From Auanema rhodensis (taxonomy: Eukaryota > Animalia > Nematoda): a stretch of DNA of 64,000 nt. The translations under genes were made by a program, and so were the position numbers. The DNA is taken from contig OZ059894.1 of assembly GCA_964057225.1 (NCBI GenBank), positions 5,580,001 through 5,644,000 on the forward strand, written 5' to 3'. Under the pieces are notes generated by a model. That model was not told the DNA's origin. It ran no database searches and worked only from the letters and a program-made list of their open reading frames with translations. The stretch's first letter is position 1. Every line of letters starts with the position of its first letter. Shown piece by piece: positions 16,464-32,527 of the stretch.

Positions 16464-19252
16464 TTATGAGTCATCTGATGATTTTGTTGAGGTTGATGAA
16501 ATTGATTTTGAAGATGTAGATTGTGAAGAGCTTAAATTTGATGAATTTCTTGATGATGTTTTTGATGATAAACCGCATTTACTTCGATTGGTTTGTGAGC
16601 CACTGCTAGAACCTGTACCCCTCCACGACTTCTCCTAAACAGGTTTAATATTTTCTTAATTTTTAAAGAATCAAGTGTTTTGATTTCTCAGATAATACTC
16701 AAGACAGAAGATCAATGATCAAAAGATCGATTTTTAAAATCAAAAGCGAAATGATGGATATTTCGGAATTGCTTTTTCGCATTAGTTATTGGGAACTATG
16801 ATTCATAAAAAACGAAATATAAAATGAAAGTTAGAAAAGTTAATAATATTAATAAAATATTTTCAATATTTCAGGTTTTTTACTGCTAATAGAGAGATAC
16901 CATATAATTTATTCCAGTTTTGTTATGGTTCATTTAAAATATTACCTCTATCTGTTCGTGATGAACTGAGAACGTATTGTTTGAAAGATCAGAATTCTGT
17001 GGTATGCCATCTATTTTCTGAAGATACACCATTGTTTTTCAAACGCTTGCATATCATATTACCGATTTTTCTGTTAATGATTTCATCGTTTCCTTATATT
17101 TTTTTTCCAAGGCATTCTTATGTGAAATTGATGACTGTAATTCCATCACGAGTGGCCGATTCAAAACTCTACAACAATACAAAACAAAATAAAACAAAGA
17201 CGTATTGCTTCTTAAACATTACCTTTCTCTCATTTCTTCTAGTTGTTGATTATACTCCTGAGCCAGGGATATAAGATTTAATCTGAACTTATACTTTTTT
17301 ATATTATAATACACTATTTTTCCTACCGCTTCTCTTGTGCTCTCTTACTAACATCATTTGTACTTTTAGATTTTGTGATTGTCGACAACAGCAGGTTCTT
17401 TGATGGCTTCATGCGACTGCTCTCAAAATCCCAATCTCTTCCGGCTTTTTTCAATTTTTCTTCTCGTTCTTGCAGTTTCATTCTACGTACAAATGATATT
17501 TATTTATAACATGATCATCGTGCATAAAATACTTGTTAGCCAGCATTCGGAGTTGGGCTGAGTGTGTTGTTCTATATGCAACATCATCTCCATGAAGGTA
17601 TGCTAAAGAAATCGGATGACCAGAGAAACGATTTGAAGGAGTAGCTGAACGACACTGAAATGCAAGCATTGGGAAATAGTTTAGACTTGAAAAAAAAGGA
17701 ATAAATGTTTTCTTGATAACTAACATTTCGATGTTTTGATGGCTTCGATTCTGATAGATTGAAAGGTACTACTACGGTGTTTCTAGTTTTTCCTTTTTTT
17801 AGTGCCCGCTCTTTCAGCTGGAAAGTATGTAATCACTATGACTTAAATTAACCAAGAACCTGTTTATGTAAGTTCTCGAAGTTGGGTATCTTTTGCGGAA
17901 GTTTTTCAATTTTTCTAGGAGAATCCAAACATTTTTTGTGGCGAAGTTGGAAGGCAATATTCGTTTTAATAGTATGTTCCTTAAATTAGACAAATAATTT
18001 CAAGCAGGAAAATTCAAGACGATACTTTTATTCCAGGAGGAGAATAAGCTTGAGATAACAATCTAGAAGCACGATTGCTATTTTCCTGTTCTCTGTGATA
18101 TTTATTCAAATCTCCTATAGAAACATAAGTTGAAATAGGCACGGGGCGAGCACCTATTGCTGAAATAATTGGTTTCTCAAAAAAATAGATATAAAAATAG
18201 GATACTGTTTAGATCAGCGTAACTTTTGCTTTTTGACTTCGAATTAAGCATCATTCGTTTTTTGAGTAATTCTTGGATTTTCTGAAATCAGAAAAGAGAG
18301 ACTTTGAAGATTCGTTACTATTTTATATCATACCTGTAAATATTTAGAATCATTCACAAACTTATTATTAGAAACGTAAGTTGTATCAGGTATAGGATTA
18401 GCTTTGAAAGGCTTCATTAAGCTTCTGATTCGATTTTCCTCTTCGTTTTTCAATTCCTTCTCTCTTACCATATCCTGAACAAATTTTCTAGAATATGTGT
18501 TTCCTGATTGTTTCCTGTAAAAAAACAGAATATATATTTCTCTTTGTATTTCCTGCCTATTCAAAAAAGTGAACGGTTTTGGGCTTGTTGGTTTTTTGCT
18601 AATGATGGAAGTTCGACGATCTTTTTGTTCCTTAGGTTTAGCGTTAACATCTGATTGTTTGATAGGATTTCTCAGTTGGAAATTATCTTAAAGCGCGTAG
18701 ATAAAAGAATAATACTTGTAACATTTTATACCACAATTTAATATAGTAACCTTAGATTTCAGTTTTTCAAAATCACTTTTTTCCTGAAAACAAAAATTGT
18801 TTTCTAAATTAGATGAAGGATAACCTTATTTCTCATCATTCTAGCGTTTAGATTTGTTGCTTCAACAGCATTTGATTGAGCCGGTGTATTATTAGAGATA
18901 TTAGAGCAGGTGTTTTCCAAAAATAGGTCAGACCAGTAATGAGTACAACCGGGAGAAGTGTGATATGTGGCATTATAAAGTGAAGGATTCGAAGAACTGT
19001 TGTGAAAACGCGATTTTGTTTCTAAATATTTTGTCGTTATTTTATGTTTTTGTCGCAAATATTTGATTTTTTCTATGAAGTCGCTTTCTTGAAGTAGAAA
19101 ACTATCCTGAAAAAAATTGTTTGAGGAATAGCTAATTACTGTCTAAAAATATAATATATATTTTAAAAATTACATACATGTTCCAAAGCACATAATAAAT
19201 TTTGCGTTGCTGTTAATGTCTTCTCAATGGAGTTCATTGGATTAGTTAGCAT
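16464..19252 (-). CDS. fam-161: FAM161-family ciliary/microtubule-binding protein
   Basis: Motifs KPTSPKPFTF, MKPFKANPIPDTTY, GARPVPISTY and RASRLLSQAYSPP are typical of FAM161/UPF0564. A Ser-rich last exon ends TAA at 16464. Start MLTNPMNSIEKTL is inferred. Confidence 0.78.
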
Positions 19253-19442
19253 TTCCTAGCAATCAAAATCGATGAGAATTGGCAAATGTTGCCATGTGAC
19301 CAAACGCTAACTATAAACAATATTTTATCTGTTGGGCACCCAAAAAATTCAAGAAATACACTCTAGAAAAACGAAGAGAAAATCTAAAAAATATATGTTT
19401 TGTGAATAGTACTAGATTGCATGTCTGCTAACCATCAGGGTT

Positions 19443-19456
19443 GTTACCTAGGAAAC
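19443..19456. promoter_or_regulatory. X-box (RFX/DAF-19 site) upstream of fam-161
   Basis: GTTACCTAGGAAAC (reverse GTTTCCTAGGTAAC) is a 14-bp imperfect palindrome resembling the X-box GTTNCC-N2-RGNAAC. It lies ~190 bp 5' of the inferred fam-161 ATG. Confidence 0.7.
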
Positions 19457-19751
19457 AGAGGAAGTGTTCAAGCAGCGTTGACCATAATTGGTAGAGGCTC
19501 CATTAATCCGTTGGTAGGTTTAGCTATAACCACAAGGCATACATTTTGAAAACGATTAATCTTGGAATATTAGATTATCTTTTGTGTATTCTTATTAAAC
19601 GCGATCTATCTATTTATAGATTTATAAATGTTTATAAATAATTAAGTTATTCTAATGCTCATACATTATAACATACAATGGTTTTTCAATACTATTCTTC
19701 TTAGTTAAGATAAACAGTAATGCACAAATAACATTCAAAAATATTTACAAT

Positions 19752-22700
19752 TTATTCTAGCTTCCAAAGCAGTAGTGATGACTCTTTATCTCCATATGTG
19801 ATAAAGTGTTTGTCATCTATCGGTGTCACAGAAACAGAATGCGAGTGAGCAATTAATTCGTGATATCCTGCCTATATAAAATAATCAGAATTTTATAGTA
19901 TAAGAAATGGGGTACTAAATCAGCCAAATTACTTACTATAAAACTTGTAACAGGCTTTCGATACAGACGAACTGATCCTGTTTGATTTCCACAGTATATG
20001 ATATCATCTTTTGAAGAAACATTCCCAGCTCCTAAAATTGAACACTTTTATCCAAATAGAATAAAATGATAACAAAAACCATTAAATGTGTGTTGTAAAC
20101 ATCCACACTCAAACGATATATTGCATGAAGAACTTGACCATTCAATATCTCGTGCTATTGATAGATCCAATGATTCACCCGATAAAGCCCCTACACATTT
20201 TTGGTTATAATACATTATTTCTCATTAATAGTTAGTTTACTTTAAAAATCAACATCTAATAACAGGAAACATAAAAACTCACAGAAATATGAATGACCTA
20301 TATACGAATTTGCTCTAATGTTTTGCGAATGAACATCCCAATCCATACTTTGAATAGGTGCTGATAACGACGAAAATCTCGTCAGCTTATGCAATTTTTT
20401 GCTATTATCCAGACGATAAATAAACGCTTGAAGATTCTGAACATATAGTCAAAATGCATGCATATACTGTTTTGCAGTGACGTTTTGTTAAAGTGAACAA
20501 ACCTTCTTAGCAATGAATAGAAAATGTCCGTTAGGTGAAAACTTTAAGCAAGTAACAGGATGAGGAGATTCAGAGTTTTCAAATATCTGCTCCTTTGTAC
20601 TTAAATCGAGTAAACACCAAGTTCCAGATGAAAATGCAACCACTATTGCATTAGAAGGTTCATGAGCAGTAATGCAATTAATGCCATCCTAAACAAGGTA
20701 TACCTAATAAGTGGCGAATGGTTTATTCTGACAGAAAACTTCCTATACCATTCCGTAAGATAAGTATCTAAACTCCATAAGCGAAGTCCTCCATCTTTGG
20801 ACGATGTTAAGAAACTTTTGGACATTATCAATGCCTCGCATGAAGAAATATCAGCTTTGTCACCCTTGAAATGCAGTATTTTGAATGAAATGGTTACAAT
20901 TTTTACTTGTATTAGAGGAAATACATCTTTATCAAAAGATCCTTCATATAATGTATTTTTCACCGTTCCGATAATAAATTGATCGTTTTCCAGGCTAAGT
21001 ATTGACGATGGCAGGCCTCCCTCATCAGGCATCTAGAGATCTAAGTTTGTTATGTTATTTCACAAGCAGTTCCTACATCTGCTGGTCGTTTCCTTCTGAC
21101 CAAATCAGTCATATCCCACTCATTAACTGTTTTATCTTTGCCAGCTGTGAGTAAATATCCTTTCCGTGAAACAGAAATAGCCAAAACTCCTCCGGGATGA
21201 ACAGAATGCGCCTGAAATACATCGTGAAAAGTACTCATGAATCACTATTACTAACTTGTTTTGTTATTTTAAACGTATCAGTATTCCATAAAGCAATAGT
21301 GCCTGATGAATCACCTGTGGCCAATTGACCGGCATCCGTAAAGCAAAAGCACGAAATCGATTTATTTCTATCAGTTCCCTTAAAATTTATTTCTTAGTGT
21401 GCAGAAATTCAAATCAACTACTTCGAATGTTACAGTATGCTTCAAAGAAATAATTGTTTTCCCATCAAAATTCCAAAATGTGAGTTGTGCTCCAGCCTGT
21501 ATTACGAAAATCCCTGCTGTAACTGGATGCCATTCTGTTGTTATGATGTTTCCAGATTGTAATGCATTTATTTTTTTGGCAACACCTTTTTTTTTTAAGG
21601 TATTTATGATAAATATATTATTTGATTTTGACGAATCAATCACTAAAATATGCGACCCACCTAAAATAACAATTGTATACTTATAGAGGAACACTACCCT
21701 GTACCATCATATTGTGAAAATGAAATAGATACAATTTCAGAATTGATAAAATGATCTTCTCCTTTCAATATATAAAGTTTCGAAAGAGATATGCTGTCCC
21801 AAACTATAATTTCAGCCTGAAATACTATTACAGTTAATAAACTAATGTATTGACATAATTATCACTATCAAGAAGTTTGTTTCCCAACAAAGTTCTCTTT
21901 GCTTTTGAATATATTCACATTTTGAAATATATCAAATGTATTTCGCCATTATGACGGATATGATAGTCGAATAAGAATAAACTAATTACGTCAGATTTAT
22001 AAGAAAAATGTTCAGCGTCTCGTTTATCTTGCCCACTTGCAACAACATGTTTATTAGGATGGAGAGCTAAACTGAAGAGGAAATACCATTAAAAATATAA
22101 AAGTTCTATGAATTACCATTTTATTTGATTTGTATGTTCTAGAAAGAACCGCTGTTTCTTTTCTTTTGTATTGAACAATATGATAACGTTTCCTGTTGCG
22201 TATACTATCTCAGCTGTTGGCAAGTAAACGGGTTTAATATTTGTATTTTCACCCCGGAATCCTATAATTAAAAATTCTTCTTTCAAGCTTACAAGGTGCA
22301 CGCTAACAATGTATATAAATATTCAATGGAACATTACTTACCAAAAGACCATTCTAAAGAAGGCATTTTTTTTGGAGCTAAAACTTCAGCTTGTGGTTCT
22401 ATTACTACTCCTGTTGGTAAAGGGATTACTACTTTACGTCCAGAGATAAAAAGCTTTAAAGACGTTTCGTTTAGTTCGTAAGACGGTATATTCAAGCTAT
22501 AAAAATTCTAATAATATTTTTTTTATATATTATATAACATATTATTATTATATAACAAGCAAAACATTATATTACTTACGGCTCGGTGAAATTGACAGTT
22601 GTGATCATAGCAGTTCGATTTTCTTCGGAATGCTCAGCTGATAAATTAGTCTGATTACTAATCATATCCATATTGGACATCCATTTTCTCATAGGAGAGC

Positions 22701-23293
22701 CTAAAAAGCATACTCGATTCAGATATTAATAAATTTGTACCTCTGCTGCTTTTACCCATTGGAATATTCATAATGGTTTGCGACGCTCGTTTGTTCTGAT
22801 ATAGAAAGATAAAATGCAATAGTTTCGGTACTCACCATATCTTTTGTTGCACTAGGAGTGTATTCGCTTCTTGTTAGTGTATTTATTCCTATTGGAGAAA
22901 ATGATTGAGATTGGCTTCTTGATGGCTTGTTTCCTGAATATGCTCAAATATAAGAATGACGTTCATGATCCCATATTTACCCAAAAATGAACTTGATTTT
23001 TCTAAACTTGTAAGTCTACGAACTACGGATGTGAGAGATTGCTGAAGTCGCATCTATGAAAATAAAATTTGCATAAATATCTCAGATGTAATACATACAA
23101 TATCATTTCGTTGGTTTTCAATTTGTTCTTTCAAGTATGATATTTGACAGTGCAACAACTCATTTTCTGATATAAGATAATCATCTGGAACTGCAACTTA
23201 TTATAAGTTATATAGTGATGACTGACTTATATCTTCTCCAGTGCTCGATCTTCTCGATGAATAGAAAGTGGTCATTTCAGGAGATGAATTCAT
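19752..23293 (-). CDS. elp-1: EMAP-like (EML) WD40 microtubule-associated protein
   Basis: N-terminal coiled coil (ENELLHCQISYLKEQIENQRND), HELP-type region (PSLEWSFG...FRG...YLPTAEIVYATGNVIILFN...QRFFLEHT...LHPN..VASGQ) and WD40 repeats (AHSVHPGGVLAI, SAPIQSMDWD), ending LLWKLE*. Start codon uncertain. Confidence 0.9.
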
Positions 23294-24439
23294 CTGAAGT
23301 AGTAAATCCATATGCTCATGAAGACGTGTTAAACAAGGAAACCGACGTCTATATAGAAAAGTAGCTAGGAGTAGTAACAAAGTTGATATCAATATTGCCA
23401 TTGCTGGTTTGAAGCAATTTGGCAATGACACAAGCAAAAATACAATATACCTTTGAAATTTTAAAACTTTGATATATTTATTTGAGCGCTTTATTGAGCA
23501 ATAGAAAAAATTAAAACACTATGAGACATAAAACAAATATATATGTACGTTTTGTGTAAGAAAGAAAGAATACCAAGCTGAAATAATTGATGAACATACG
23601 AATAACTACTCGAGAATACACTGAATATGGAATTTCATGAATAACAAAATGAGATGAACTAGCATTGAACATGCATACTGAGAACATCACTCTTGCCATT
23701 GTATATTGTTCTATTCTTATTTGTATCCTCAAGATCCAAACATATTGTAGAAGTAAAAATGATGTCTGATTTCTGTTTCATTCAACTCTATGGACTTACC
23801 TTAAGCGTTAAATGAACCTCTACAAATACAATCATTTATTGATTAGAAGCTTACAAACAATTTCTCTTGATGTTCTATTGAGATACTGGAGACCAATTCA
23901 AACTTTATATGTTCTCAACAAATGAAGGGAAAAAAACCAGAAGATAACTACATTCCAAATTGTTACTTAAAGATATTTGCAAACTTTTTTTTACAGAACA
24001 GTACGATTGCCATGATCAGTAAATTCGAATGCTTCAAAAAAAACCGTGGTATCTTAGTTTAAACTGTCAAGGAAAGATAACAGTTTTTTCTCTGATAAAA
24101 ATTCAAGTGACTAAGAATTTCTAAAAAAACAACTTTCACAGTATTGGAAACAAATCCTTTATTTATTCAACACCATAATTTAAATACGATACTTATTATT
24201 ATTTATTTAAAAACAAAATTATTTAAAATTATGATTGTTTTGTTGTATATATGCATACACTTGATACCACGATTGTTTGACTACTTTATTAATGTACTTT
24301 TATAAAATTATAAATCATTTTAATATCGTATCGATAGTTTGTGTAACATCAGGTTGTATCGATTATATTATCTTCTTAGGAAATCATAGAAATAACCTTG
24401 ACCAAAACGATAACAATAGTTGGACGTTTTCTTATGTAA

Positions 24440-27041
<2,602 letters not shown>

Positions 27042-27202
27042 ATACACATAATGTCAGATGTTTCGAAGGTATATTTATCAAGTATAATTAGTTTATTTAG
27101 CAATTTTAAATTAAATTAAATAACATTTGTTTTTGTTTAGTTTCAGCTCATAAAAATAACTTAAAAATTGTTGATTTGAAACATTATTCAATACATAAAA
27201 CA

Positions 27203-27693
27203 TTATCCCCATCCATAACCACAACAGCCGTTAGCGTTCCAAGTAACAGTAGCAAAGGTACCACAGCCACAACATCCTCCACAGCACCCCCAATCTAAGA
27301 AGTAAATATGTTGTCAACATATTTTGGAAAGTTGTTGCTAACTCAATATAATTAAAACTACTTACCACACCATCGTTTCGCTCTAATAGGAGTGCCAGTG
27401 CGATTATTGAACATAACTACTTTTGGATCTATCAAGTCAGTCGACAGCTTACTTTCATTGTCGTTTTCAACAATGGTTTCTAAAGTTTTTTCTTGAAGTT
27501 TGGATGTTACCTGAAATTAAATCAATTTATAATTTTTCTGAATAATTTTTCGGCTGAAATAAATCTTTTAATTCGAAAATTCATATACCTTTTCATGATT
27601 GTTAGCATCTCGGGATAACAAAGTATCGAGAATATTGCAATATCCACTGGTAACCAAAAGAAGTATGAAGATATTTGAGTAAATCAATCTCAT
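27203..27693 (-). CDS. Secreted prepropeptide with RAKR site and Cys/Gly/Trp-rich C-terminal peptide (3 exons)
   Basis: Signal-like MRLIYSNIFILLLVTSGYC, an acidic pro-region, then PIRAKR-WCDWGCCGGCCGCGTFATVTWNANGCCGYGWG*; two GT-AG introns keep the frame. Confidence 0.82.
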
Positions 27694-28376
27694 CGTCGAT
27701 GATAAATTTTCCCACATCAACAGCATGTTATATACTCCCCATTCAAATAATATCGATGTTTATCCAGATGTTCTGCACCCGTTATTCTTACTTGAATTTA
27801 CATTTCAGCAAATAAATATGGTCATTTTCTGACAATTTTTATTGAATTTATACATGTTAATTGGTTTACATACCTTTCTTTATCTCATTATAAATTCCTG
27901 AAAAAATGTAAATGTTCATGTTTATTTTTGACGAGAAATCAAAAAGTACTTCAAAAATTACGTTCTCATATTCAATAATGCACAAATAAAAATATTTTGC
28001 ATTAAACACTGTTGTATAACATGGACTATCTTCTTATAAATATTCAACTTATGATTAGAGTTTATTCGAAGCTATTCAGGATTGTTACTACGAGAAAAAA
28101 ATATTTCGTCATTTTCCCAAAATACAATTATGCCCTGATCTTTATTGAAAATAATGTTAGAACATTTTTTGAATATTTTTAGTTAAAATATCACTTGTTG
28201 GATATTTTTCGGTTGATCTTGAACATCTAGCAAAAAAGTACGGGATTATTGCGTCTGTATAATCAAAATTACAATTACATTTGCGAACAATTGCGAGTTA
28301 CACATATTATTTGAAATGATTTTTTCTGTTTACAATTCGAGATATTTTTTGTTTAATTCGTATATATTCTGTAGCT

Positions 28377-29310
28377 TCACTGCAGAAGCATAAAAATTTG
28401 GAGATGAAAGGAATCTGCATCTTCAGTAAGCAATCTGAGAGCGATAGTTAGATGTCTTGAAATCGAACTTGACCCGACTTGATTGGTTTCGGAAAATAAC
28501 GGCGTTGACGTTTCTACATTGACATTAGCAACGGAAGAGCTGGTTGTTTGATGGACGCAGGACATTTTTAATTTTCTCATTTAAAATTTAAATCTTCACA
28601 AGTGGAATCTTCTACAAAGTTGCTGAAACTTTGAAATGTTATTCGCAGCTGTTCATAATAATTATATTATTGAAATTATTAATTGAAAAGACAAAATTAC
28701 AAAGCTGACCGGAAAGATAATCTTCAATTTATACGAATAGACAGACATGAATTCTCAATTTTTTTTCAACTTTTCAGAAACAAATATATTATTTTCCAGC
28801 TTTCGTCATATAGATATTATAACCATCTTATTTAACTACTTTTTATTTTGAAAACTTTTAATATAAAAAAATGCTGATTTTTCACTCATGATGGCGGTTA
28901 TTGATGATTCTCAATTTCCGAGTCTGATATTCGTTTTCCGCTGGAAAAAAAGTTCCTAACCAACTATTTGAGTTCTCACTCTTCTTGTGGTGCTTCCGCA
29001 TTTATCCCCCACAGACAACCTAATTTCATTTTTCTGAAAATTTCTTCGAAATTTCGGAAAACTATTTTTTTTATCTTGATTGTAGTCGAGATATGCCTGA
29101 ATAAGTTATTTGTTTTTATTTTTTTTATAATCAGGAAGCATAATAGAACTCTTCCTAGATTAGCTGTTTCACTCGCCTCAGACTGCGCTCTGATTATCTT
29201 TACAGATTTCGCTATAAAAGAGAGCATGAACGAAAATATAACGAAAGATACATACGAAAAAAGGAGAAGAGTAGATAGTAGAAAAATACATAAAGAACTG
29301 TTAATTTTTA

Positions 29311-29390
<80 letters not shown>

Positions 29391-29774
29391 TAAAAACTTA
29401 CCTTGTATTTATTTTCTCCCCAGGTTTTAAATGAGATATTCTGAAGCTTAAAATATTTCTGTTAGTCGAACATTGATACAGGTTTTTAAAATTCTTGTTA
29501 AAGAAAGTGAAAGCTTTTTCTCTTCTTTTACTATATATTCTTTCGTCTTCCCAATGGATTTGAATCTTCCCAAACTTCTTTTTAAAAATGTTTCTTTAGT
29601 AAGACGTTGTAGTTCGATATTCTCATAGTCGGAAGATACAACGATCCTGAAAGTGATGTTGTTATACATGCCTATAATTTCTAAGTCGGATAAACTGACT
29701 ACTTCTAATTTATCCGGCATTTGAGTAGCAGCGAGGCCAACCCACTCGTTCACAGATTGTGACTTATGGCTCAT
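28377..29774 (-). CDS. Possible multi-exon hypothetical protein (structure uncertain)
   Basis: Collinear minus-strand ORF pieces (29448-29774, 28976-29227, 28377-28580) with splice-like signals between them; no family recognised and no complete in-frame model verified. Confidence 0.35.
29313..29388. repeat. (TA)n microsatellite
   Basis: Direct ~75-bp TA run; it explains the IYIYIY ORF. Confidence 0.9.
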
Positions 29775-31266
29775 GTTCTTTTTTTCAAACTTCCCTCTCC
29801 ATCTTTATACAAAACAATAAAGTTATCCATATAAGTGCTTATATATCCAATCTAGTGAACATAGTTCTATTCATATTTTACTACAGATAGTTGGTTGAAC
29901 TATTTAGTCTGTGTGGCCGTTATGTCGTCACAAGCGTCTTATTTTCGAAATATGTTTTTTTTTAAATAAAAGGTTTATTCTCTTGCAAATCATAATGTAA
30001 ATCGTGAAAGACAAGAAGACAAAAGTAGAAAAAAGTTAGAGAGAAAAGAAGGAGAGAAGAGAGAGAGAGAAAAAAAAAGATAGAGAGAGAGAGCATTTAG
30101 AGTAGGAGGAACAAAAAGAATGTATCTATATGAACGTGATAGTCTTGCGACTATTTTGTAGTTATTGAAACAATAAATTGCCATATTAAACGAGCAATTA
30201 TATGTTCATATATCGTTATTGTCATTAAACAGTCACAAGATGAATTAACTTCTCTGTCATAATTTCATTTATTTTTTGATCCTTTTGCCTCGAACTCTGT
30301 TTTATCTCCTGCTCCATCTCACAATTGAATAACTTTTGAATTTCTATTGTGGAATGTATTGCACCATATAGAAGTAAATTTAACAATATCTTTATACAAT
30401 AACACTTTGTAAAAGTTATTTGCATATTCGTCTATATTGTTTTTTTGTATTAATAACGCAGTAAAGGATTTATATTAAATGAACTTTATGTATAATTTTT
30501 ATTTTGAAAATGCACTGTATATTTTAGTTACTAGAAAGCCTAAAAGTTTTTTTCTTTTTACCGAAATAAATTCTTTCTCTGTTAGCTTTACAAAGCTCAC
30601 TCGTTCTTCAATCATTCATCTCAAACCACAAAAAGTCTTGTTAGTATTCCTCTGTCTATTAGTTTTTAAAGCTTGAAGAGATGTATATATGTGCATGTGT
30701 TGTATTACTTTTTCAGATTACCTAACTACAAGGATTTCTAGTTCATACATTTTTTCTGTTAATTTGCACTGCAAGGTGGAGAAATACACTTTAATTTTGG
30801 CTCCATTAAAATAGGAACTTGTGACGTATACTCTTTGCTTTTCGTTATTCGTTATTCGTAATTAAATTTAATCTTACTGTTTGCTTCAACCTTTGAATAT
30901 TGCTTTTATTAGCATCTTTGTTCAAACTTTATGTCTTCAATGTTGAATCGGATTCTACCCGTTAACCTTATCCATTAGATGAGTTTCCTTTCATCACATT
31001 TTCTTGAAAATTATTTACTTATACAAAAATATAAAAAAACATATTCAATTTTAACGATGAAATATATACGTATAATTAATATAAATTTTTCTCATAGTAT
31101 ATTGTCTGATAACTGATACAATTATTGTTTACATCTTTCTCTCCAGTTTTTTTTATTTCTTTATTATGCTTCGTTTGCTAATATTGCTCTTATATAATAA
31201 TGTTATTTGTTTCTTTACAATATTGAACTAATTTAGGTAATAAAGGAGAAACGAAAAAGAAAAAAA

Positions 31267-32019
31267 ATGAAATATACTCAAATTATTTCTATTGTTGGCT
31301 TTCTTTTCATCGTCGACTTTGCGTATTGTCGAGTTATAAACTATGAAAGTAAGACTTTTCATTCTTTAAAAGCTTAAGATTCCGTAAAACAAATTTTAAA
31401 ACGTTATAAAATAAAGAAAAAAACATAAGAAAATAGGAAAACAAGGATTGGATATAAACGTATTTTTCGATATGTTAGTCATTTGGAGTCTGACTTCGAG
31501 ACGCATCATATTCTCCTTTACTTGGCGAAATTCCTATTTCCTTATAGAAAATCAGATAAAAAAGTCAATGTAATCGGAATAACTACTTTAATCTATGATT
31601 AATTCTCTGAAGCTCAAAGGCCAGTGAATGAAAGATTAATTTAAATTCAATTTTTCTCAAAAAAAAAATATTTTTTATTTAATTTTTTCCAGACGGAGTC
31701 ATGCTCCGCGAAGGCGGTGAATGGCCGGAAGTTGATAATCTATTGGCACCTAGCTCTTCAAAAGATTTTGATGTTATAAATGTAAATTATTCGATGTTTA
31801 AACTTGAAAAAAATGTACTATTATAGGAGCAATGGAGAAATTCTTTTAATGCCCAAGAATTTCTAAACCCTACCAAGAAAAGTACAAGGTTTTTATTTTG
31901 TTTCATTTATTACTAATTTATTCTTCAAAACACAACACAATAAAAAGACTCTTTCTCATACGACACTTTTCAGTCTCAAACGTTTGGCATTGCTTAGTGC
32001 TCGAGGCTTTGGACGGTAA
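31267..32019 (+). CDS. Neuropeptide precursor yielding an allatotropin-like ...SARGF-amide (4 exons)
   Basis: Signal peptide MKYTQIISIVGFLFIVDFAYC; the spliced C-terminus ...NPTKK-STSLKRLALLSARGF-G-R* has dibasic sites and an amidation Gly. Confidence 0.82.
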
Positions 32020-32527
32020 TTAACAGGAAAATCAGAAACATTCTAAAAACTAAGGTGTTGAGATATATATTTCAACATATATCATCTTTATTTTAGTTTA
32101 TTACTATCTTAACTATATTATTCTTTTAAATGATTCATTTTCACAGAAGACCTGAGACAGAAATCTGATCCTATTGTAGCTCTCATTTTTCTGCTATCGC
32201 GTACTGTCATTCTATTTTCCGCTTCCTAAAAAACATTTTCGAGAAATAAACCTGTTGATTTGTATGTGTTCTTTCTCACTTGTAACAGCTGGACATCATT
32301 TAGAAAGGGATAACTCAACTGATTTACATTTATAACCAGTTATGTTAATTTTATAACATTTTTAATGGCTATTTTAACTGGTCTTATGTCTATAATAATA
32401 TAAAGAACATCGAAGATATGTATAGCTTCTTTATACTATTTTGGCCTCATACATTGATTGTATTAGAAATCGGTCAGCCACAATTGTTTAAAAGGGCAAC
32501 TTGTTCTACATTCTAACGTCCGAAAGC

